This document shows positions 34,584 to 47,010 of a stretch of DNA of 64,000 bases, piece after piece. The notes under the pieces are model-generated. The model was not told the DNA's origin, did not search any database, and was given only the letters and a program-made list of their open reading frames with translations. Position numbers and translations under genes: made by a program. Source of the DNA: Novosphingobium sp. (GTDB taxonomy: Bacteria; Pseudomonadota; Alphaproteobacteria; Sphingomonadales; Sphingomonadaceae); assembly GCF_031417815.1 (NCBI RefSeq), contig NZ_JANOWI010000035.1, positions 10,447 through 74,446 of the forward strand, written 5' to 3'. The number at the start of each line of letters is the position of its first letter. The stretch's first letter is position 1.

Positions 34584-35990
34584 TCAGCGCTGAATTTCGA
34601 CCGGATCGATCGCCAGATCGGTCAACCGCTTGCGCAAGGTATTGCGATTTATGCCCAGCAACCGCGCTGCCTGAAGCTGGTTGCCGGCGGTTTCGCGCAG
34701 CGCATGGATGAATAGCGGCCGCTCGAAGGCAGCCAGCGCCGCATCATAGAGCTCGCCCGCAGGTGGCCGCGCGCCATGCCACCAGCTGGCCACCGCGCTG
34801 TCGAGCGTGGCACCTGTGGCTGGGCCTGCCGCCTGCTCCGCGCGTTCGGCCAGAAACGGTTCGAGCGCAGCCGCATCGATTTGCTCTTCGCGCATCAGCA
34901 GCGCGAGGCGGTAGATGAAATTGCGCAGTTCGCGCACGTTGCCGCGCCACGGCTGGCGCGCCAGCATTTGCGCCGCACCATCGTCAAGCCGCCGCCTGGG
35001 CAGGCCCTCATCCGCCGCCTGATACAGAAAATGGCGCGCCAGCGCGGGCACATCGTCGGCCCGCTCGCGCAGGGCCGGGAGCGTGATCGGCACGACGTTG
35101 AGCCGGTAGAACAAATCCTCGCGGAACGTGCCCGAAGCAATCATCGGGGCCAGATCGCGGTTGGTGGCGGCGATGATCCGCACATTGACCGCAATCTCTT
35201 CGCGCCCGCCGACCCGGCGGATCCGGCCCGATTGCAGCGCCCGCAGCAACCGGGTTTGCGCCTCGAGCGGCATATCGCCGATCTCGTCGAGAAACAGCGT
35301 ACCACCATCGGCCTGCTCGAACTTGCCAGTGTGGCGTGCCACGGCGCCGGTAAAGGCGCCCTTCTCGTGCCCGAACAACTCGCTTTCGATCAGGTCCGCC
35401 GGGATCGCGGCCGTGTTGACTGCCACGAACGGCCCGGCCTTGCGTTGGCCCAACTGGTGGATCGCTTCGGCGACCAGTTCCTTGCCGGTACCGCTTTCGC
35501 CCAGCACCAGCACGGTCAGATCGTTGCGCAGCACCCTGGTAATCATCCGGTAGACCGCCTGCATCGGCGCGCTGCGTCCGACCAAAGGCAGGCCGGCAAC
35601 CGGCACGTCATCGGCCCCTGTCCCGCGTCCTTCGGCGTTGCCCACGGCCTGGCGCACGGTGCGGGCCAGTTCGTCTATGTCGAACGGCTTGGGGAAATAT
35701 TCGAACGCGCCGGTATCGCTGGCGCGCACCGCCGTATCGAGCGTGTTCTGCGCCGAAAGGATGATGATCGGCATGTCTGGCGCAGCAGCGCGCACCGCGC
35801 CCAGCGTCTCGATCCCGTCACCATCTGTCAGCATCACATCGGTAACCAGCGCCGCAAACGTGCGCGCATGCAACAGCCGGTCGCGTTCAGCCACGCTATC
35901 GCAGTGAGCAACTTCAAAGCCTTCTGCCTCAAGCGCGGCGGTGATCACCAGCGCGATCGAGCGATCGTCCTCAACCAGCAGCACGCTCAT
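34584..35990 (-). CDS. ntrC: Nitrogen regulation response regulator NtrC
   Basis: Receiver, GESGTGKE, ESELFGHEKGAFTGA, FIS-type HTH GINRNTLRK. Confidence 0.94.
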   Translation of the reverse strand: MSVLLVEDDRSIALVITAALEAEGFEVAHCDSVAERDRLLHARTFAALVTDVMLTDGDGIETLGAVRAAAPDMPIIILSAQNTLDTAVRASDTGAFEYFPKPFDIDELARTVRQAVGNAEGRGTGADDVPVAGLPLVGRSAPMQAVYRMITRVLRNDLTVLVLGESGTGKELVAEAIHQLGQRKAGPFVAVNTAAIPADLIESELFGHEKGAFTGAVARHTGKFEQADGGTLFLDEIGDMPLEAQTRLLRALQSGRIRRVGGREEIAVNVRIIAATNRDLAPMIASGTFREDLFYRLNVVPITLPALRERADDVPALARHFLYQAADEGLPRRRLDDGAAQMLARQPWRGNVRELRNFIYRLALLMREEQIDAAALEPFLAERAEQAAGPATGATLDSAVASWWHGARPPAGELYDAALAAFERPLFIHALRETAGNQLQAARLLGINRNTLRKRLTDLAIDPVEIQR

Positions 35991-37075
35991 GCCGCCTGCT
36001 CCTTGATCGCGGCCCGGCGGGGATCAGCGATCGGCAGGTGGACGCGGAAATGGGTCAACCCTTCGCCCTCGTCGCGGTCATGCGTAATCCGCCCGTTCAT
36101 GTCGAAGACCAGGCGGCGGACCAGCGCCAGGCCCAGCCCCTGACCGCTCTTCTTCGAGGTAACGAACGGCTCAAACACATGGTCGCGCATGCCCGCCGCG
36201 ATCCCGGGCCCATTGTCGCTGACGCGCAGTTCGATCGGCAAGCGCACCGGCGTGCCATCGCTGGCCCGGTGCAATTGCAGCCCGCTGGCAAAGCGGGTGC
36301 GCACGGCTATCCAAGGCTTGTCTGACGCAGCGGCCGCTTCAACCGCGTTGGACAGCAGGTTGATCATCACCTGGACCAGCGCATCGCCGTTGCCCAGCAC
36401 CGAAGGCAGCGAGGGGTCGAATTCCTCGATGATCACCGGAGCCTTGCCGCTGGCCTCGATCACACTGCGCGCGCGGCGCACGGCTTCGTGGAGGTTGCAG
36501 GGCGACAGCGCCGGGACCGAGCGGCGGGTGAGCGACTGCATCTGGTCGATCAGCTTGGCGATCCGATCGACCTCATCGGCGATCAGGCCGGTCAGCGCCA
36601 GATCGCTGCCTTGCAGCTTGCGCCCCAGCAATTGCGCCGCGCCGCGAATCCCGGCCAGCGGGTTCTTGATTTCATGCGCCAGCACTTCGGGCGCGCGGAT
36701 CGGGCGGTCCTCGCCCGAGCCCTGCGTTTCGCGCATCGCTTCGGCCCCGCCAATGTCGTGTAGGCTCAGCACTTGCCAGCCCGCGCGATCGATCAGCGGC
36801 GCGAGCGTAACGTCCACCTTGCGCCGGCCCTGCCCGACGACGGAGATGCTGGTTGCACGCGCCGAAAGCTGGGCATCGTCCTCCCCCAACCGTTCGGACA
36901 GGCGGGTTTCGTCAAATTGCAGCACTTCGGCCAGCGGACGCCCGCTTAGCCGCCGAAACGATTGGCCCAGTAGATGCTCGGCTGCGGGATTCGCGGCTGC
37001 GATCACTTGCCCCGGAGCCAGCAGCACTACCCCCAGCGTCAGGCTGGCAAGCTGGCGCTGCGTATCGCCGTTCAC
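35987..37075 (-). CDS. ntrB: Nitrogen regulation sensor kinase NtrB
   Basis: [32 protein letters not shown]. Confidence 0.92.
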   Translation of the reverse strand: MNGDTQRQLASLTLGVVLLAPGQVIAAANPAAEHLLGQSFRRLSGRPLAEVLQFDETRLSERLGEDDAQLSARATSISVVGQGRRKVDVTLAPLIDRAGWQVLSLHDIGGAEAMRETQGSGEDRPIRAPEVLAHEIKNPLAGIRGAAQLLGRKLQGSDLALTGLIADEVDRIAKLIDQMQSLTRRSVPALSPCNLHEAVRRARSVIEASGKAPVIIEEFDPSLPSVLGNGDALVQVMINLLSNAVEAAAASDKPWIAVRTRFASGLQLHRASDGTPVRLPIELRVSDNGPGIAAGMRDHVFEPFVTSKKSGQGLGLALVRRLVFDMNGRITHDRDEGEGLTHFRVHLPIADPRRAAIKEQAA

Positions 37076-38088
37076 GCCGCGGCCCTGCTCAGGAACGGGG
37101 TGTAAAAGATGTGCAGACGGCGCACCACTTCTTCGGGATCGTCGATGAAGTTGACCTGGTTGCGGAACGCCGCCGATCCGGGCAACCCGCGGGTGTACCA
37201 GGCGAGGTGCTTGCGTGCCATCTTGCTGCCGGTTTCGCGGCCATAGTGTTCAAGCATCATCTGATAGTGTTCGAGCACCAGCGCGAACTGCACATCGATA
37301 TCAGGATCTCCCAGCTGCTGCCCGGTATCCAGCCAGTGCATTACCTGCGCCAGCAACCACGGCCGACCATAGGCACCGCGCCCGATCATCAGCCCGTCCG
37401 CGCCCGATTGCGCGAGCGCCTTGGCACTGTCCTCGATGGTGCAGATATCGCCGTTGACGATCACCGGAATCGAGACCGCATCTTTGACCGCGCGCACGAA
37501 CGCCCAGTCCGCCTCGCCCCGGTACATCTGGTTGCGGGTGCGGCCGTGGACGGTGATCATCTGCGCGCCCAGATCCTGAGCGATCCGCGCCAGTTCGGGG
37601 GCATTGAGGCTATCGTGGCACCAGCCCATCCGCATCTTGACTGTAACCGGCACCTTGACCGCCTTGACCGTCGCCGCGATCAACGCCGTGGCAAGCGGAA
37701 TATCGCGCATCAGCGCCGAACCGGCATCACCGTTAACCACCTTCTTCACCGGGCAGCCCATGTTGATATCGATGATCGCCGCGCCGCGATCTTCAACCAA
37801 CCGTGCCGCTTCGGCCATCTGCACCGGATCGCAGCCGACCAGTTGCATCGAGACCGGGTCTTCGGCCGGATCCCACATCGCCTTCTGCAGCGATTGCCGC
37901 GTTTCGCGAATTGCAGCCGGGCTGGCGATCATCTCGGTAACGTTGAGGCCTGAGCCGAAGCGGCGCACGAGGCGGCGGAACGGCAAGTCGGATACGCCGG
38001 TCATCGGCGCAAGGATCACCGGGCAATCAATCTGGACGGGGCCGACCTTGATCGGGGCCAGTGCCGGAGGAACAGGAAGGACGGTCAT
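37072..38088 (-). CDS. dusB: tRNA-dihydrouridine synthase DusB (NifR3)
   Basis: [42 protein letters not shown]. Confidence 0.94.
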   Translation of the reverse strand: MTVLPVPPALAPIKVGPVQIDCPVILAPMTGVSDLPFRRLVRRFGSGLNVTEMIASPAAIRETRQSLQKAMWDPAEDPVSMQLVGCDPVQMAEAARLVEDRGAAIIDINMGCPVKKVVNGDAGSALMRDIPLATALIAATVKAVKVPVTVKMRMGWCHDSLNAPELARIAQDLGAQMITVHGRTRNQMYRGEADWAFVRAVKDAVSIPVIVNGDICTIEDSAKALAQSGADGLMIGRGAYGRPWLLAQVMHWLDTGQQLGDPDIDVQFALVLEHYQMMLEHYGRETGSKMARKHLAWYTRGLPGSAAFRNQVNFIDDPEEVVRRLHIFYTPFLSRAAA

Positions 38089-38159
38089 GACATCTGCCTA
38101 AAATTTGGGCAGCGCATAGGGAATTGCGCGGCGCAGGGCAAGTCTATACCGGCAGGGTG

Positions 38160-39311
38160 ATGGCTCACCCCCTTTCCCCGCCGATTGGAGCAGCCGCCAT
38201 TATCGTAGCGGCCGGGGCCGGATCGCGCGCCGGGCAGCCGCTGCCCAAACAGTTTGTGCCGTGGCAGGGTAAACCGTTGCTGCGCCACTGCGCGGAACGC
38301 TTTGCAGCCGAGGGTTTCGCGCCAATTGTGGTGGCAATTCCCGAAGGCACGGATGAAATCGCAGCCCAAGCGCTAAGGGGCCTGCCCGGCATCCGGTTTG
38401 TGACCGGCGGCGCGACGCGGCAAGCTTCGGTTCGCGCTGCCCTTGAAGCCCTCGCGGGCGAGGCAATCCACACTGTCTTCATCCACGATGCCGCACGGCC
38501 AAAAGTCCCGCTGCCTGTCGTCGCCCGGCTTACCGATGCGCTGATCGCTCACGACGGCGCTATCCCGGTCTTGCCGGTGGTCGATTCGCTGGCCCATGCC
38601 GATGGCACGGTGATGGGCGCCCCTGCCTGCCGCGATCAATTGCGCCGGGTGCAAACCCCCCAGGCCTTCCGCTATGACGCGATCCTTGCCGCGCACCGGG
38701 CCTGGGATGGCGAACCGGATGCCGGCGATGATGCGCAAGTTGCGCGGGCCGCGGGGATCGAGGTAGCGCTGATCGAAGGAGACGAGAGCTTGCACAAGGT
38801 TACCACTGCAGCCGATTTCACCGGCGGCCTGGTGCCGCTGCGGATCGGCACCGGCTATGACGTTCACCGTCTTGCTGAAGGTGAGGAACTGTGGCTTTGC
38901 GGCGTCAAGATCGAACATAGCCATGGCTTGGCCGGCCACAGCGATGCCGATGTGGCAATTCACGCGCTGGTCGATGCGATCCTTGGCGGTCTGGCGGATG
39001 GCGATATCGGCCAGCATTTCCCGCCCAGTGATCCGCAGTGGCGCGGCGCGCGTTCGGACCGGTTCCTCGCCTATGCGGTCAAGCGTGCCGCGTTATTGGG
39101 TTACGCAATCGGCAATGTCGATCTGACGATCATTTGCGAGGCACCCCGGATTGGCCCCCACCGCGATGCCATGCGCACGCGGCTGGCAGAGGTGATGGGG
39201 CTTTCCATCAATGCGGTGAGCGTGAAGGCGACCACGACCGAGCGGCTCGGCTTTGCCGGGCGCGGCGAAGGCATTGCCGCACAGGCGGCCGTAACCTTGC
39301 TGGCCAGCTGA
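38160..39311 (+). CDS. ispDF: Bifunctional IspD/IspF
   Basis: AAGAGSR..PKQF, IHDAARP, RVQTPQAF; RIGTGYDVH, GHSDADVAIHALVDA, SVKATTTE. Confidence 0.95.
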   Translation: MAHPLSPPIGAAAIIVAAGAGSRAGQPLPKQFVPWQGKPLLRHCAERFAAEGFAPIVVAIPEGTDEIAAQALRGLPGIRFVTGGATRQASVRAALEALAGEAIHTVFIHDAARPKVPLPVVARLTDALIAHDGAIPVLPVVDSLAHADGTVMGAPACRDQLRRVQTPQAFRYDAILAAHRAWDGEPDAGDDAQVARAAGIEVALIEGDESLHKVTTAADFTGGLVPLRIGTGYDVHRLAEGEELWLCGVKIEHSHGLAGHSDADVAIHALVDAILGGLADGDIGQHFPPSDPQWRGARSDRFLAYAVKRAALLGYAIGNVDLTIICEAPRIGPHRDAMRTRLAEVMGLSINAVSVKATTTERLGFAGRGEGIAAQAAVTLLAS

Positions 39312-39388
39312 CCAGCGCGGTTAAAGCTCTGGAAATGTCGGCCGTTCCAAGGCATGCCCGGTTTCAAACTTTACAAAGGCTTCCTGCA

Positions 39389-39910
39389 ATGATCGCCAAG
39401 ACCCTGTTCCGCTCTGCCGGCGTGCTGGCATTGATCGCCTCGGCCCAGTTGACCGCAGCGCAGACCAAGCAATGTTTGAGCGAAGGCGACGTGCGCGGGC
39501 TGGTGGCCTATGCCCTGCCTTCGGTGGCCGAAACGGTGGTTGAACGCTGCGCCGGCCGCTTGCCTGCCAATGCCTATCTCAACACGCGTGGCCCCAAGCT
39601 GGTGACCGAACTGCGCGGCGGCCAGAGCGCCGCCTGGCCCGCCGCGCGCGAAGCGATCATCAAGATTTCGGGTGATGACGACAAGGCGGAAATGTTCCGC
39701 GCGATGCCCGAAGCGATGGTCGGGCCGATGATGGAACAGATGATCGCAGATAAGTTCGCCAACGATATCAAACTCGAAAACTGCAAGGATATCGACCGCG
39801 TGCTGAGCACAATGGCACCGATGCCCGCGGCAAACATCGTCGATATGTTTACCGCAGTCGTGATGATCGCCGGGCGCGACGACAAGAAACTGCAGACCTG
39901 CGCAGTCTGA
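39389..39910 (+). CDS. Secreted hypothetical protein with four Cys
   Basis: Signal peptide MIAKTLFRSAGVLALIASAQLTAA; typical codon usage; ORF-track start at 39038 is inside ispF. Confidence 0.65.
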   Translation: MIAKTLFRSAGVLALIASAQLTAAQTKQCLSEGDVRGLVAYALPSVAETVVERCAGRLPANAYLNTRGPKLVTELRGGQSAAWPAAREAIIKISGDDDKAEMFRAMPEAMVGPMMEQMIADKFANDIKLENCKDIDRVLSTMAPMPAANIVDMFTAVVMIAGRDDKKLQTCAV

Positions 39911-39924
39911 TCGCCATCCAACCC

Positions 39925-40419
39925 ATGGACACCCTCCTTCCCTCAGACCTGATCGCCGCTGCCGCCCGCGTGATTGAAACCAATCGCGCGGCGGGGCGGA
40001 TGGTCGCCTTGGCAGAAAGCTGCACCGGCGGGCTGGTCGCCGCCGCCTTGACCGAGATTGACGGATCTTCGGCCGTGCTCGATCGCGGCTATGTGACTTA
40101 TTCGAACGAAGCCAAGCAGCAGATGCTGGGGGTTTCGGCGGACATTATCGAGACTTTTGGTGCAGTCTCGATCGCCACGGCATGGGCCATGGCGCAAGGC
40201 GCGCTGCTACGCAGCGGAGCCGATGTTGCCGTGGCGATCACGGGGATTGCCGGGCCAGGCGGCGCTACACCGGGCAAACCGGTTGGTACGGTGGTCTTTG
40301 CCCGGGCGCTGCGCGGATCGGACGAGATCCTGACCGACCAGGTGGTGTTCGAAGACAATGGCCGCGCCGGGGTGCGGCTTCAGGCGGCGCTGATGGCGCT
40401 CGAACTGCTGCTGCCGTAA
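39925..40419 (+). CDS. CinA C-terminal domain protein (NMN deamidase PncC-like)
   Basis: AESCTGGL, VTYSNEAK, GAVS..A.AMA.G, ITGIAGPGG..KPVGTV. Confidence 0.9.
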   Translation: MDTLLPSDLIAAAARVIETNRAAGRMVALAESCTGGLVAAALTEIDGSSAVLDRGYVTYSNEAKQQMLGVSADIIETFGAVSIATAWAMAQGALLRSGADVAVAITGIAGPGGATPGKPVGTVVFARALRGSDEILTDQVVFEDNGRAGVRLQAALMALELLLP

Positions 40420-40841
40420 AGCCTGTCGGCGCGCTTTTCGAAGGCTTCCACCATCTTGCGGAAGGCGCGATCAAAATACTGCCCGGCCAGCGCTTCAAAC
40501 ACCGCATTGCGGAACGTGAAATCGACCCGGAACTCGATCTCGCAGCCGCCGCCTTCAAGCGGACGGAAATGCCATACATTGTCGAGATCGCGCATCGGAC
40601 CATCGATGTAGATCACTTCGATCCGGTTTGGACGATCCTTGATCACGCGCGAGGTGAATTTTTCGCGCAGCGCGTTGAACCCCACCAGCAGATCAGCGAT
40701 CATTTCGGTGTCGCTGTCCGAACGGACCCGCGCGCCGACCACCCACGGCAGGAATTCGGAATAGTGCGCGACATCGGCCACCAGATCGAACATCTGCTGC
40801 GCGCTGTAGGGCAGCCGCCGAACTTCGTGGATCCCCGGCAT
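40380..40841 (-). CDS. RatA/Coq10 START-domain protein
   Basis: YSAQQMFDLVADVAHYSEFLPW, FTSRV, WHF, AFEKRA; follows lipA. Confidence 0.88.
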   Translation of the reverse strand: MPGIHEVRRLPYSAQQMFDLVADVAHYSEFLPWVVGARVRSDSDTEMIADLLVGFNALREKFTSRVIKDRPNRIEVIYIDGPMRDLDNVWHFRPLEGGGCEIEFRVDFTFRNAVFEALAGQYFDRAFRKMVEAFEKRADRLYGSSSSSAISAA

Positions 40842-41773
40842 CAGCTCCGCCCGGCAGCCCGATCAGCCTGCGCTGCACGCGCCGCGCGCATCGCCTTGAA
40901 ATCGTCGCCGGCGTGATAGCTCGAGCGGGTCAGCGGACTGGCGGCGACTTGCAGAAAGCCTTTGGCGCGGGCAATCGCGCCATAGGCGTCGAACGCTTTG
41001 GGGTTGACGAATTCGATCACCTTGGTGTGCTTGGGCGTGGGCTGGAGATACTGCCCCATAGTCAGGAAATCGATTCCGACCGTGCGCATGTCGTCCATCA
41101 CCTGGTGCACTTCAAGGCGCTGCTCACCCAGCCCCAGCATGATCCCGCTCTTGGTGAAAACCAGCGGATCATGGGCCTTCACTTCCTCGAGCAGCCGCAA
41201 CGAGGCGTAGTAGCGCGCACCCGGACGGATCGTGGGATAAAGCCGCGGCACGGTTTCCAGGTTGTGGTTGTAAACGTCGGGCCCCGCCGCCATGATCGCC
41301 TCGACCGCCGCGCGCATCTTGCCGCGAAAATCGGGAGTCAGGATTTCAATCGTGGTGCCAGGCGTGTTGGCCCGCAGCGCATTGATCACCTTGACGAATT
41401 GCCCTGCCCCGCCATCGGGCAGATCATCGCGATCAACCGAGGTGATAACAATATGCTCGAGTCCCAGCTTGGCCGCGGCAATCGCCACGTGTTCGGGCTC
41501 CAGCGGATCGACCGCGCGCGGCATCCCGGTCTTGACGTTGCAAAAGGCGCAGGCCCGTGTGCAGACATCGCCCAAGATCATCACCGTGGCGTGCTTTTTG
41601 GTCCAGCATTCGCCGATGTTGGGGCAAGCCGCTTCCTCGCACACCGTGTTGAGCCCCAGATCGCGCATCAGCTTGCGCGTTTCGCCATAGCCCTGGCTGG
41701 TCGGGGCCTTGACCCGGATCCAGTCGGGTTTGCGCAGGCGTTCGGGCTGCGGGGCTGAGGACAGGTCGTTCAT
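40841..41773 (-). CDS. lipA: Lipoyl synthase
   Basis: [22 protein letters not shown] radical-SAM motif, HNLETV, RSSYHA. Confidence 0.97.
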   Translation of the reverse strand: MNDLSSAPQPERLRKPDWIRVKAPTSQGYGETRKLMRDLGLNTVCEEAACPNIGECWTKKHATVMILGDVCTRACAFCNVKTGMPRAVDPLEPEHVAIAAAKLGLEHIVITSVDRDDLPDGGAGQFVKVINALRANTPGTTIEILTPDFRGKMRAAVEAIMAAGPDVYNHNLETVPRLYPTIRPGARYYASLRLLEEVKAHDPLVFTKSGIMLGLGEQRLEVHQVMDDMRTVGIDFLTMGQYLQPTPKHTKVIEFVNPKAFDAYGAIARAKGFLQVAASPLTRSSYHAGDDFKAMRAARAAQADRAAGRS

Positions 41774-41838
41774 GCCGTCCAGATAGTCGTAAGGGACAAG
41801 GGTTGCCAGCCGGAATTTGCAGCGCCAAAAGCGCGGGT

Positions 41839-42492
41839 ATGAGCGAACAAGATTCTGTCGGATTCGAACGCCTGATTGAAGGCTACCGCCGCTTCCGCGC
41901 CAATGGCTGGGTGCCCAATCACGAACGCTGGGCTACCTTGCGCGAAGGCCAGTCACCCGATGTGATGGTGATCGCCTGCAGCGATAGCCGGGTTGATCCG
42001 GCGCAGATCTTTGATGTCGATCCAGGTGAAGTGTTCGTGGTGCGCAATGTCGCGGCCATGGTGCCGCCGTTCGAGACAACGCCCGGACACCACGGGGTTT
42101 CGGCCGCACTCGAATTCGCGGTCCAATTCCTCAAGGTCAAGGAGGTGGTGGTGATGGGCCACGGCATGTGCGGCGGTTGCAAGGCCGCGCTCAGCCAGGA
42201 AATGCTTGGCACCGAGCCTGGCCAGGGCGGTTTCATCGCCGATTGGATCGCCATGCTGGACGAAGCCCGCGAACGCGTGGTGGCGCAGCACGGTACCCAG
42301 GGGCGCGCGGCGGAACAGGCGATGGAGCTTGAAGGGGTCAAGGTCAGCCTGGCCAATCTGCGCACCTTCCCGTGCGTGCGGAGCAAGGAACGCAGCGGCG
42401 AACTGCGTCTGACCGGCGCGTTTTTCGCCATATCGGACGGATTGCTGCACGTGCTGGACGAAACCACCGGCGCGTTTTCGCCCACCGTCTAG
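41839..42492 (+). CDS. Beta-class carbonic anhydrase
   Basis: [21 protein letters not shown]. Confidence 0.93.
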   Translation: MSEQDSVGFERLIEGYRRFRANGWVPNHERWATLREGQSPDVMVIACSDSRVDPAQIFDVDPGEVFVVRNVAAMVPPFETTPGHHGVSAALEFAVQFLKVKEVVVMGHGMCGGCKAALSQEMLGTEPGQGGFIADWIAMLDEARERVVAQHGTQGRAAEQAMELEGVKVSLANLRTFPCVRSKERSGELRLTGAFFAISDGLLHVLDETTGAFSPTV

Positions 42493-42501
42493 GCAAACAG
42501 A

Positions 42502-42527
42502 AAGGGCGGCACCGCGATGCCGCCCTT
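42502..42527. terminator. Probable bidirectional terminator between convergent genes
   Basis: AAGGGCGGCA-ccgcga-TGCCGCCCTT; minus strand continues TTCTGTTT. Confidence 0.7.
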
Positions 42528-42552
42528 CCCCGTGTCATAATGACTGTCTGGC

Positions 42553-43968
42553 TTACTTGCCGGCCACCTTGTGCCTCGTCTGGACCGTCCACAGCTGGGC
42601 GATCGGCGCGCGCGCATCGGTGACCTTGGCAAAGGCATCGAGCGCTTCGGCATATTTCGCCTGATCATACAGCACGATCCCGAGCCGCAGATAGGCGCGG
42701 CCCGCATCAACACCCGGCATGGTCAGCGCAAGGCGGTACATCGCCTCAGCCTTGTCAGCCATGCCGTGGCTGAGGAATGCGTCACCCGCGCTCAGCGCGG
42801 TCTTGGCATTGCCCTTCGGACCCCTCGCATCGCGTTCCTGCACGACCAGCAGATTCTTGTCTTCAGCCAGACGGCCCTGCGCCAGGGCCTGCACCTTGGC
42901 CACAGTCGACATGCCGGCATCGGTCGCGATCTCGGTTGCCGGAGTGATCATGCCCGACTTGATGCCCAGATCGACTACCCGCAGCACTTCGGCCGGCAGG
43001 CGGTTCGGGCTGGCATAGACCATATAGTCAAGGTAGTTGTCGGCTTCGGTAAAGCTGCCCGTGCGGTCACGCAGGCGCAGCAGGTCGATCTTGTCCGAGG
43101 TGGTGTACTTGTTGATCAGGGTGACCACGTAGATTGCCCGATCCCAGTTCTGCTTGGTCGGATAATAGGTGACCAGATCACCCGCAATCAGGTTGGTTTC
43201 ACCGGTCAGCTTGTTGTTGAACGCCTGCACCAGGCCATTGTCGATCCAGTATTCGGGCGTCGCCGCAGCGTTGCGGACGGTCGCATCGTGCAGCAGCTTG
43301 AGGCCAAGCGGGATCTGCTTGTCGAGCAGGTAAGCATTGGCAAGATAGAATTCCGATTCGTCCTTGGTGTAGCCGCCATCGACCGCGAGTTTGATTTCGC
43401 GCTGCGCGGTTGCCATATCGCCCATGTCCATGGCCATGCGGCCCAGCGTGTAGCGCACCAGAGCAACGTTTTCGGCAGGCAGCGCGCCGCTATCCAACTG
43501 CAGCTGCAAGCCGGCCTTCTGGGCATTTTTGTCGATTGCGACATTGCCATAGTTGACCAGCAGCTGGCCTGAAACGAGCTTGTCGTCGCCATTGCTGCCT
43601 GCGGCGATCGCCGCATCGATCAGCGCCTTTTCGGGCTGGAGCAGCACCTGCAGCGCAGCTATCTGCGTTGTCATGTCAGCAACGGCGGCCTGGCGTTCTG
43701 CCTTGGTCTTGGCGGCATTGGCACGGGCCTGGGCATCGACGACCTTCTGGCGCTGTGCGGCAACGTCGGGCCGCTTGACTGCGGCTTCGAGTGCCTTGGC
43801 AGCCGGGATGTAAAGCTTGACGAACTTCTCGGTTGGCTTGAGCTGCGGACCCTTGGGGGCTTCCTGCTTCTTGTCCTTGGCATCAGCCGCGCTGAAGCCG
43901 CCAACCGCCACGCCAAGCGACAACGCCACGGCCATCGCACTGCGCGCAAAAAACTTGGCTCGAACCAT
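42553..43968 (-). CDS. Secreted alpha-helical TPR-like protein
   Basis: Signal peptide (..GGFSAADA-K), Ala/Lys-rich helices, TPR-like end (AYLRLGIVLYDQAKYAEALDAF); GAGGAG RBS favours start 43968. Confidence 0.7.
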   Translation of the reverse strand: MVRAKFFARSAMAVALSLGVAVGGFSAADAKDKKQEAPKGPQLKPTEKFVKLYIPAAKALEAAVKRPDVAAQRQKVVDAQARANAAKTKAERQAAVADMTTQIAALQVLLQPEKALIDAAIAAGSNGDDKLVSGQLLVNYGNVAIDKNAQKAGLQLQLDSGALPAENVALVRYTLGRMAMDMGDMATAQREIKLAVDGGYTKDESEFYLANAYLLDKQIPLGLKLLHDATVRNAAATPEYWIDNGLVQAFNNKLTGETNLIAGDLVTYYPTKQNWDRAIYVVTLINKYTTSDKIDLLRLRDRTGSFTEADNYLDYMVYASPNRLPAEVLRVVDLGIKSGMITPATEIATDAGMSTVAKVQALAQGRLAEDKNLLVVQERDARGPKGNAKTALSAGDAFLSHGMADKAEAMYRLALTMPGVDAGRAYLRLGIVLYDQAKYAEALDAFAKVTDARAPIAQLWTVQTRHKVAGK

Positions 43969-44256
43969 CGAAATCATCTCCTCTGCGACCCAAAAGGCGT
44001 GGCACCATTGCCGCACGATCCAGGCGGATACCTCGGCTTTGCCATAGGCGCTGGAGCGCCCATTTGGCAACAGGTTGGCGCACTAGGGCCGGGGCCGTGA
44101 ACGGTGATTGAATGTGTTCAGTGCTGCGCGTTCAGAATGCTGCGGCGAGGTGTGGAAAAAACACGCCTGACGGGGCCTTTTGGTGGCCTTGCCGCAACGC
44201 TTGGCCTAGAGCGGGCAAACGCCGATTTCCACTCTTGACGAAGCGAACCCACCCGC

Positions 44257-47010
44257 GTGAGCGACGATACCGAAATTCCAGAATCGATCCCTGAACCCAC
44301 TGGTCCGATGGGCGATTTCTTGCGCGTCGACATCGTCGACGAGATGAAGACCAGCTACCTCGATTACGCGATGAGCGTGATCGTGGCGCGCGCCCTGCCC
44401 GATGTGCGCGATGGCCTGAAGCCGGTCCACCGCCGGATCTTGTTCGCCGCGCAGGAAGGCGGCATGGTTGCCGGTCGCCCCTATCGCAAAAGCGCCAAGA
44501 TCGTGGGCGACGTGATGGGCAACTATCACCCGCACGGCGATAGCGCGATCTACGATGCGTTGGCGCGGATGACGCAGGACTGGTCGATGCGGCTGCCGCT
44601 GATCGACGGTCAGGGTAACTTCGGCTCGATGGATCCCGATCCGCCGGCCTCGATGCGCTACACCGAAGCACGGCTGGCGCGGGTCGCCAATTCACTGCTC
44701 GACGATCTCGACAAGGACACCGTCGATTTCACTGACAACTACGATGGTTCGCGTCAGGAACCGACAGTTCTGCCAGCGCGTTTTCCCAACCTGCTGGTCA
44801 ACGGCGCGGGCGGGATCGCGGTGGGCATGGCGACCAACATTCCGCCGCACAACCTGGGCGAAGTGATCGACGGCTGCCTTGCCTATATGGACAACCCGGC
44901 GATCACCTCGGACGAACTGATCGAGATTATCCCCGCCCCCGATTTCCCCACGGCACCGCTGATCCTGGGCACGGCCGGCGCGCGCAGCGCCTATACCACC
45001 GGGCGCGGTAGCGTGATCATGCGCTGCCGCCACGAGATCGAACAAGGCCGCGGCGATCGCGAGTCGATCATACTGACCTCGATCCCCTACCAGGTCGGCA
45101 AATCGGGCCTGGTCGAAAAGATCGCCGAGGCCGCCAAGGACAAGCGGATCGAAGGCATTTCGGATATTCGCGACGAATCGAGCCGGCTGGGCGTGCGCGT
45201 GGTGATCGAACTGAAACGCGATGCCACGCCCGAAGTGGTGCTCAACCAGTTGTGGCGCAACACCCCGGCGCAGTCGAACTTCCCGGCCAACATGCTGGCG
45301 ATCCGCGGCGGCCGCCCCGAAACGCTGATGCTGCGAGATTTCATCGCGGCCTTCATTGCCTTCCGCGAAGAAGTCATCACCCGGCGCACCAAGTTCGAAC
45401 TGAACAAGGCGCGAGACCGGGCGCATATTTTGCTGGGTCTGGTGGTTGCCGTCACCAACCTCGATGAAGTGGTGCGGATCATCCGCGGTGCGCCCAATCC
45501 GGCGGCGGCGCGCGAAGCCCTGGTGCAGCGCGAATGGCCGATTGGCGAAATTGCGCAGTACATCCGCCTGGTCGAAGCGATCGAACCGACCGCCGATCAG
45601 GACGGCGGCACCTACCGGCTGTCCGAAGCGCAAGTGAAGGCAATCCTCGAGCTGCGCCTCCACCGCCTGACCGCGCTGGGCCGCGACGAGATCGGCGGCG
45701 AGCTCAAGGTGCTGTCCACCGCGATTGAAGGCCATCTGGCGATCCTGGGCGACCGGGCCAAGCTTTATGCCGTGATGCGCGAAGAGCTGGTGTTGATCCG
45801 CGAGGCCTATGCCACCCCGCGCCTGTCCGAAATCACCGCCGCCGCCGACGGAATCGACGATGAGGACCTGATCGAGCGCGACGAGATGGTCGTCACCGTC
45901 ACCATGGACGGCTATATCAAGCGCACCTCGCTCTCCACCTTCCGGGCGCAGAACCGGGGCGGCAAGGGCCGCGCCGGGATGGCGACCAAAGACGAGGACG
46001 TGGTGACGAGCATGTTCGTCACCTCCACCCATAATCCGGTGCTGTTCTTCTCCACCGCCGGTAAGGTCTACCGCCTCAAGGTGTGGAAGCTGCCCGAAGG
46101 CGGACCGACCACACGCGGCCGTCCGATCGTCAATCTGCTCCCGGCGCTCGACAAGGACGAGACGATCCAGACCGTGCTGCCCCTGCCCGAGGACGAGGCC
46201 GAATGGGCCAAGCTTTCGGTGGTGTTCGCCACCGCCAAGGGAAGCGTCCGGCGCAATTCGATGGAACTGTTCACCAACGTCCCCAGCAACGGCAAATTCG
46301 CCATGCGCTTTGATGAAGACAGCGCTGACCGGCTGATCGGCGTGGCCTTGCTCGAAGCCAGCGACGATGTGCTGCTCGCCACCCGCGCGGGCAAGGCGAT
46401 CCGCTTTGCCGGCGATGACGTGCGCGAATTCCAGAGCCGCACCTCCACCGGGGTGCGCGGCATGACGCTGAAGGGCGATGACGAGGTAATCAGCCTCTCG
46501 ATCCTCCACCGCGTCGGCACCAGCAGCGAAGAGCGCGAGGAATACGTCAAATACGCGCCGTGGAAGGGTGAAAAGGAAGGCGATCCTTCGATTGCACCCG
46601 AACGCATGGCCGATCTTGCCGAACGCGAACAGTTCATCCTCACCGTCTGTGCCAATGGTTACGGCAAGATGAGTTCAGCCTATGAATACCGCCGCACCGG
46701 ACGCGGTGGCCAGGGCATCACCAATATCGACAATATCGCCCGCAACGGCCTGGTCGTGGCCAGCTTTGCGGCTACCAAAAGCGACCAGCTGATGCTGGTG
46801 ACCGATCAGGCCAAGCTGATCCGCCTGCCGCTTGGCTCGATGCGGGTAATTGGCCGCAACAGCGCCGGGGTCAGGCTGTTCAACGTGGCGGACGAGGAAC
46901 ATGTCGTATCGGCAGTACGGCTGGCCGAAACCGAAGGCGGCGATGATGACGATGAAGCGGAAGGCGCTGCGGAAGGCGGCCCGGCCGAACCGGACCCCAC
47001 GGCGCAGTGA
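44257..47010 (+). CDS. gyrA: DNA gyrase subunit A
   Basis: [43 protein letters not shown], GyrA-box QNRGGKG, acidic tail. Confidence 0.97.
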   Translation: MSDDTEIPESIPEPTGPMGDFLRVDIVDEMKTSYLDYAMSVIVARALPDVRDGLKPVHRRILFAAQEGGMVAGRPYRKSAKIVGDVMGNYHPHGDSAIYDALARMTQDWSMRLPLIDGQGNFGSMDPDPPASMRYTEARLARVANSLLDDLDKDTVDFTDNYDGSRQEPTVLPARFPNLLVNGAGGIAVGMATNIPPHNLGEVIDGCLAYMDNPAITSDELIEIIPAPDFPTAPLILGTAGARSAYTTGRGSVIMRCRHEIEQGRGDRESIILTSIPYQVGKSGLVEKIAEAAKDKRIEGISDIRDESSRLGVRVVIELKRDATPEVVLNQLWRNTPAQSNFPANMLAIRGGRPETLMLRDFIAAFIAFREEVITRRTKFELNKARDRAHILLGLVVAVTNLDEVVRIIRGAPNPAAAREALVQREWPIGEIAQYIRLVEAIEPTADQDGGTYRLSEAQVKAILELRLHRLTALGRDEIGGELKVLSTAIEGHLAILGDRAKLYAVMREELVLIREAYATPRLSEITAAADGIDDEDLIERDEMVVTVTMDGYIKRTSLSTFRAQNRGGKGRAGMATKDEDVVTSMFVTSTHNPVLFFSTAGKVYRLKVWKLPEGGPTTRGRPIVNLLPALDKDETIQTVLPLPEDEAEWAKLSVVFATAKGSVRRNSMELFTNVPSNGKFAMRFDEDSADRLIGVALLEASDDVLLATRAGKAIRFAGDDVREFQSRTSTGVRGMTLKGDDEVISLSILHRVGTSSEEREEYVKYAPWKGEKEGDPSIAPERMADLAEREQFILTVCANGYGKMSSAYEYRRTGRGGQGITNIDNIARNGLVVASFAATKSDQLMLVTDQAKLIRLPLGSMRVIGRNSAGVRLFNVADEEHVVSAVRLAETEGGDDDDEAEGAAEGGPAEPDPTAQ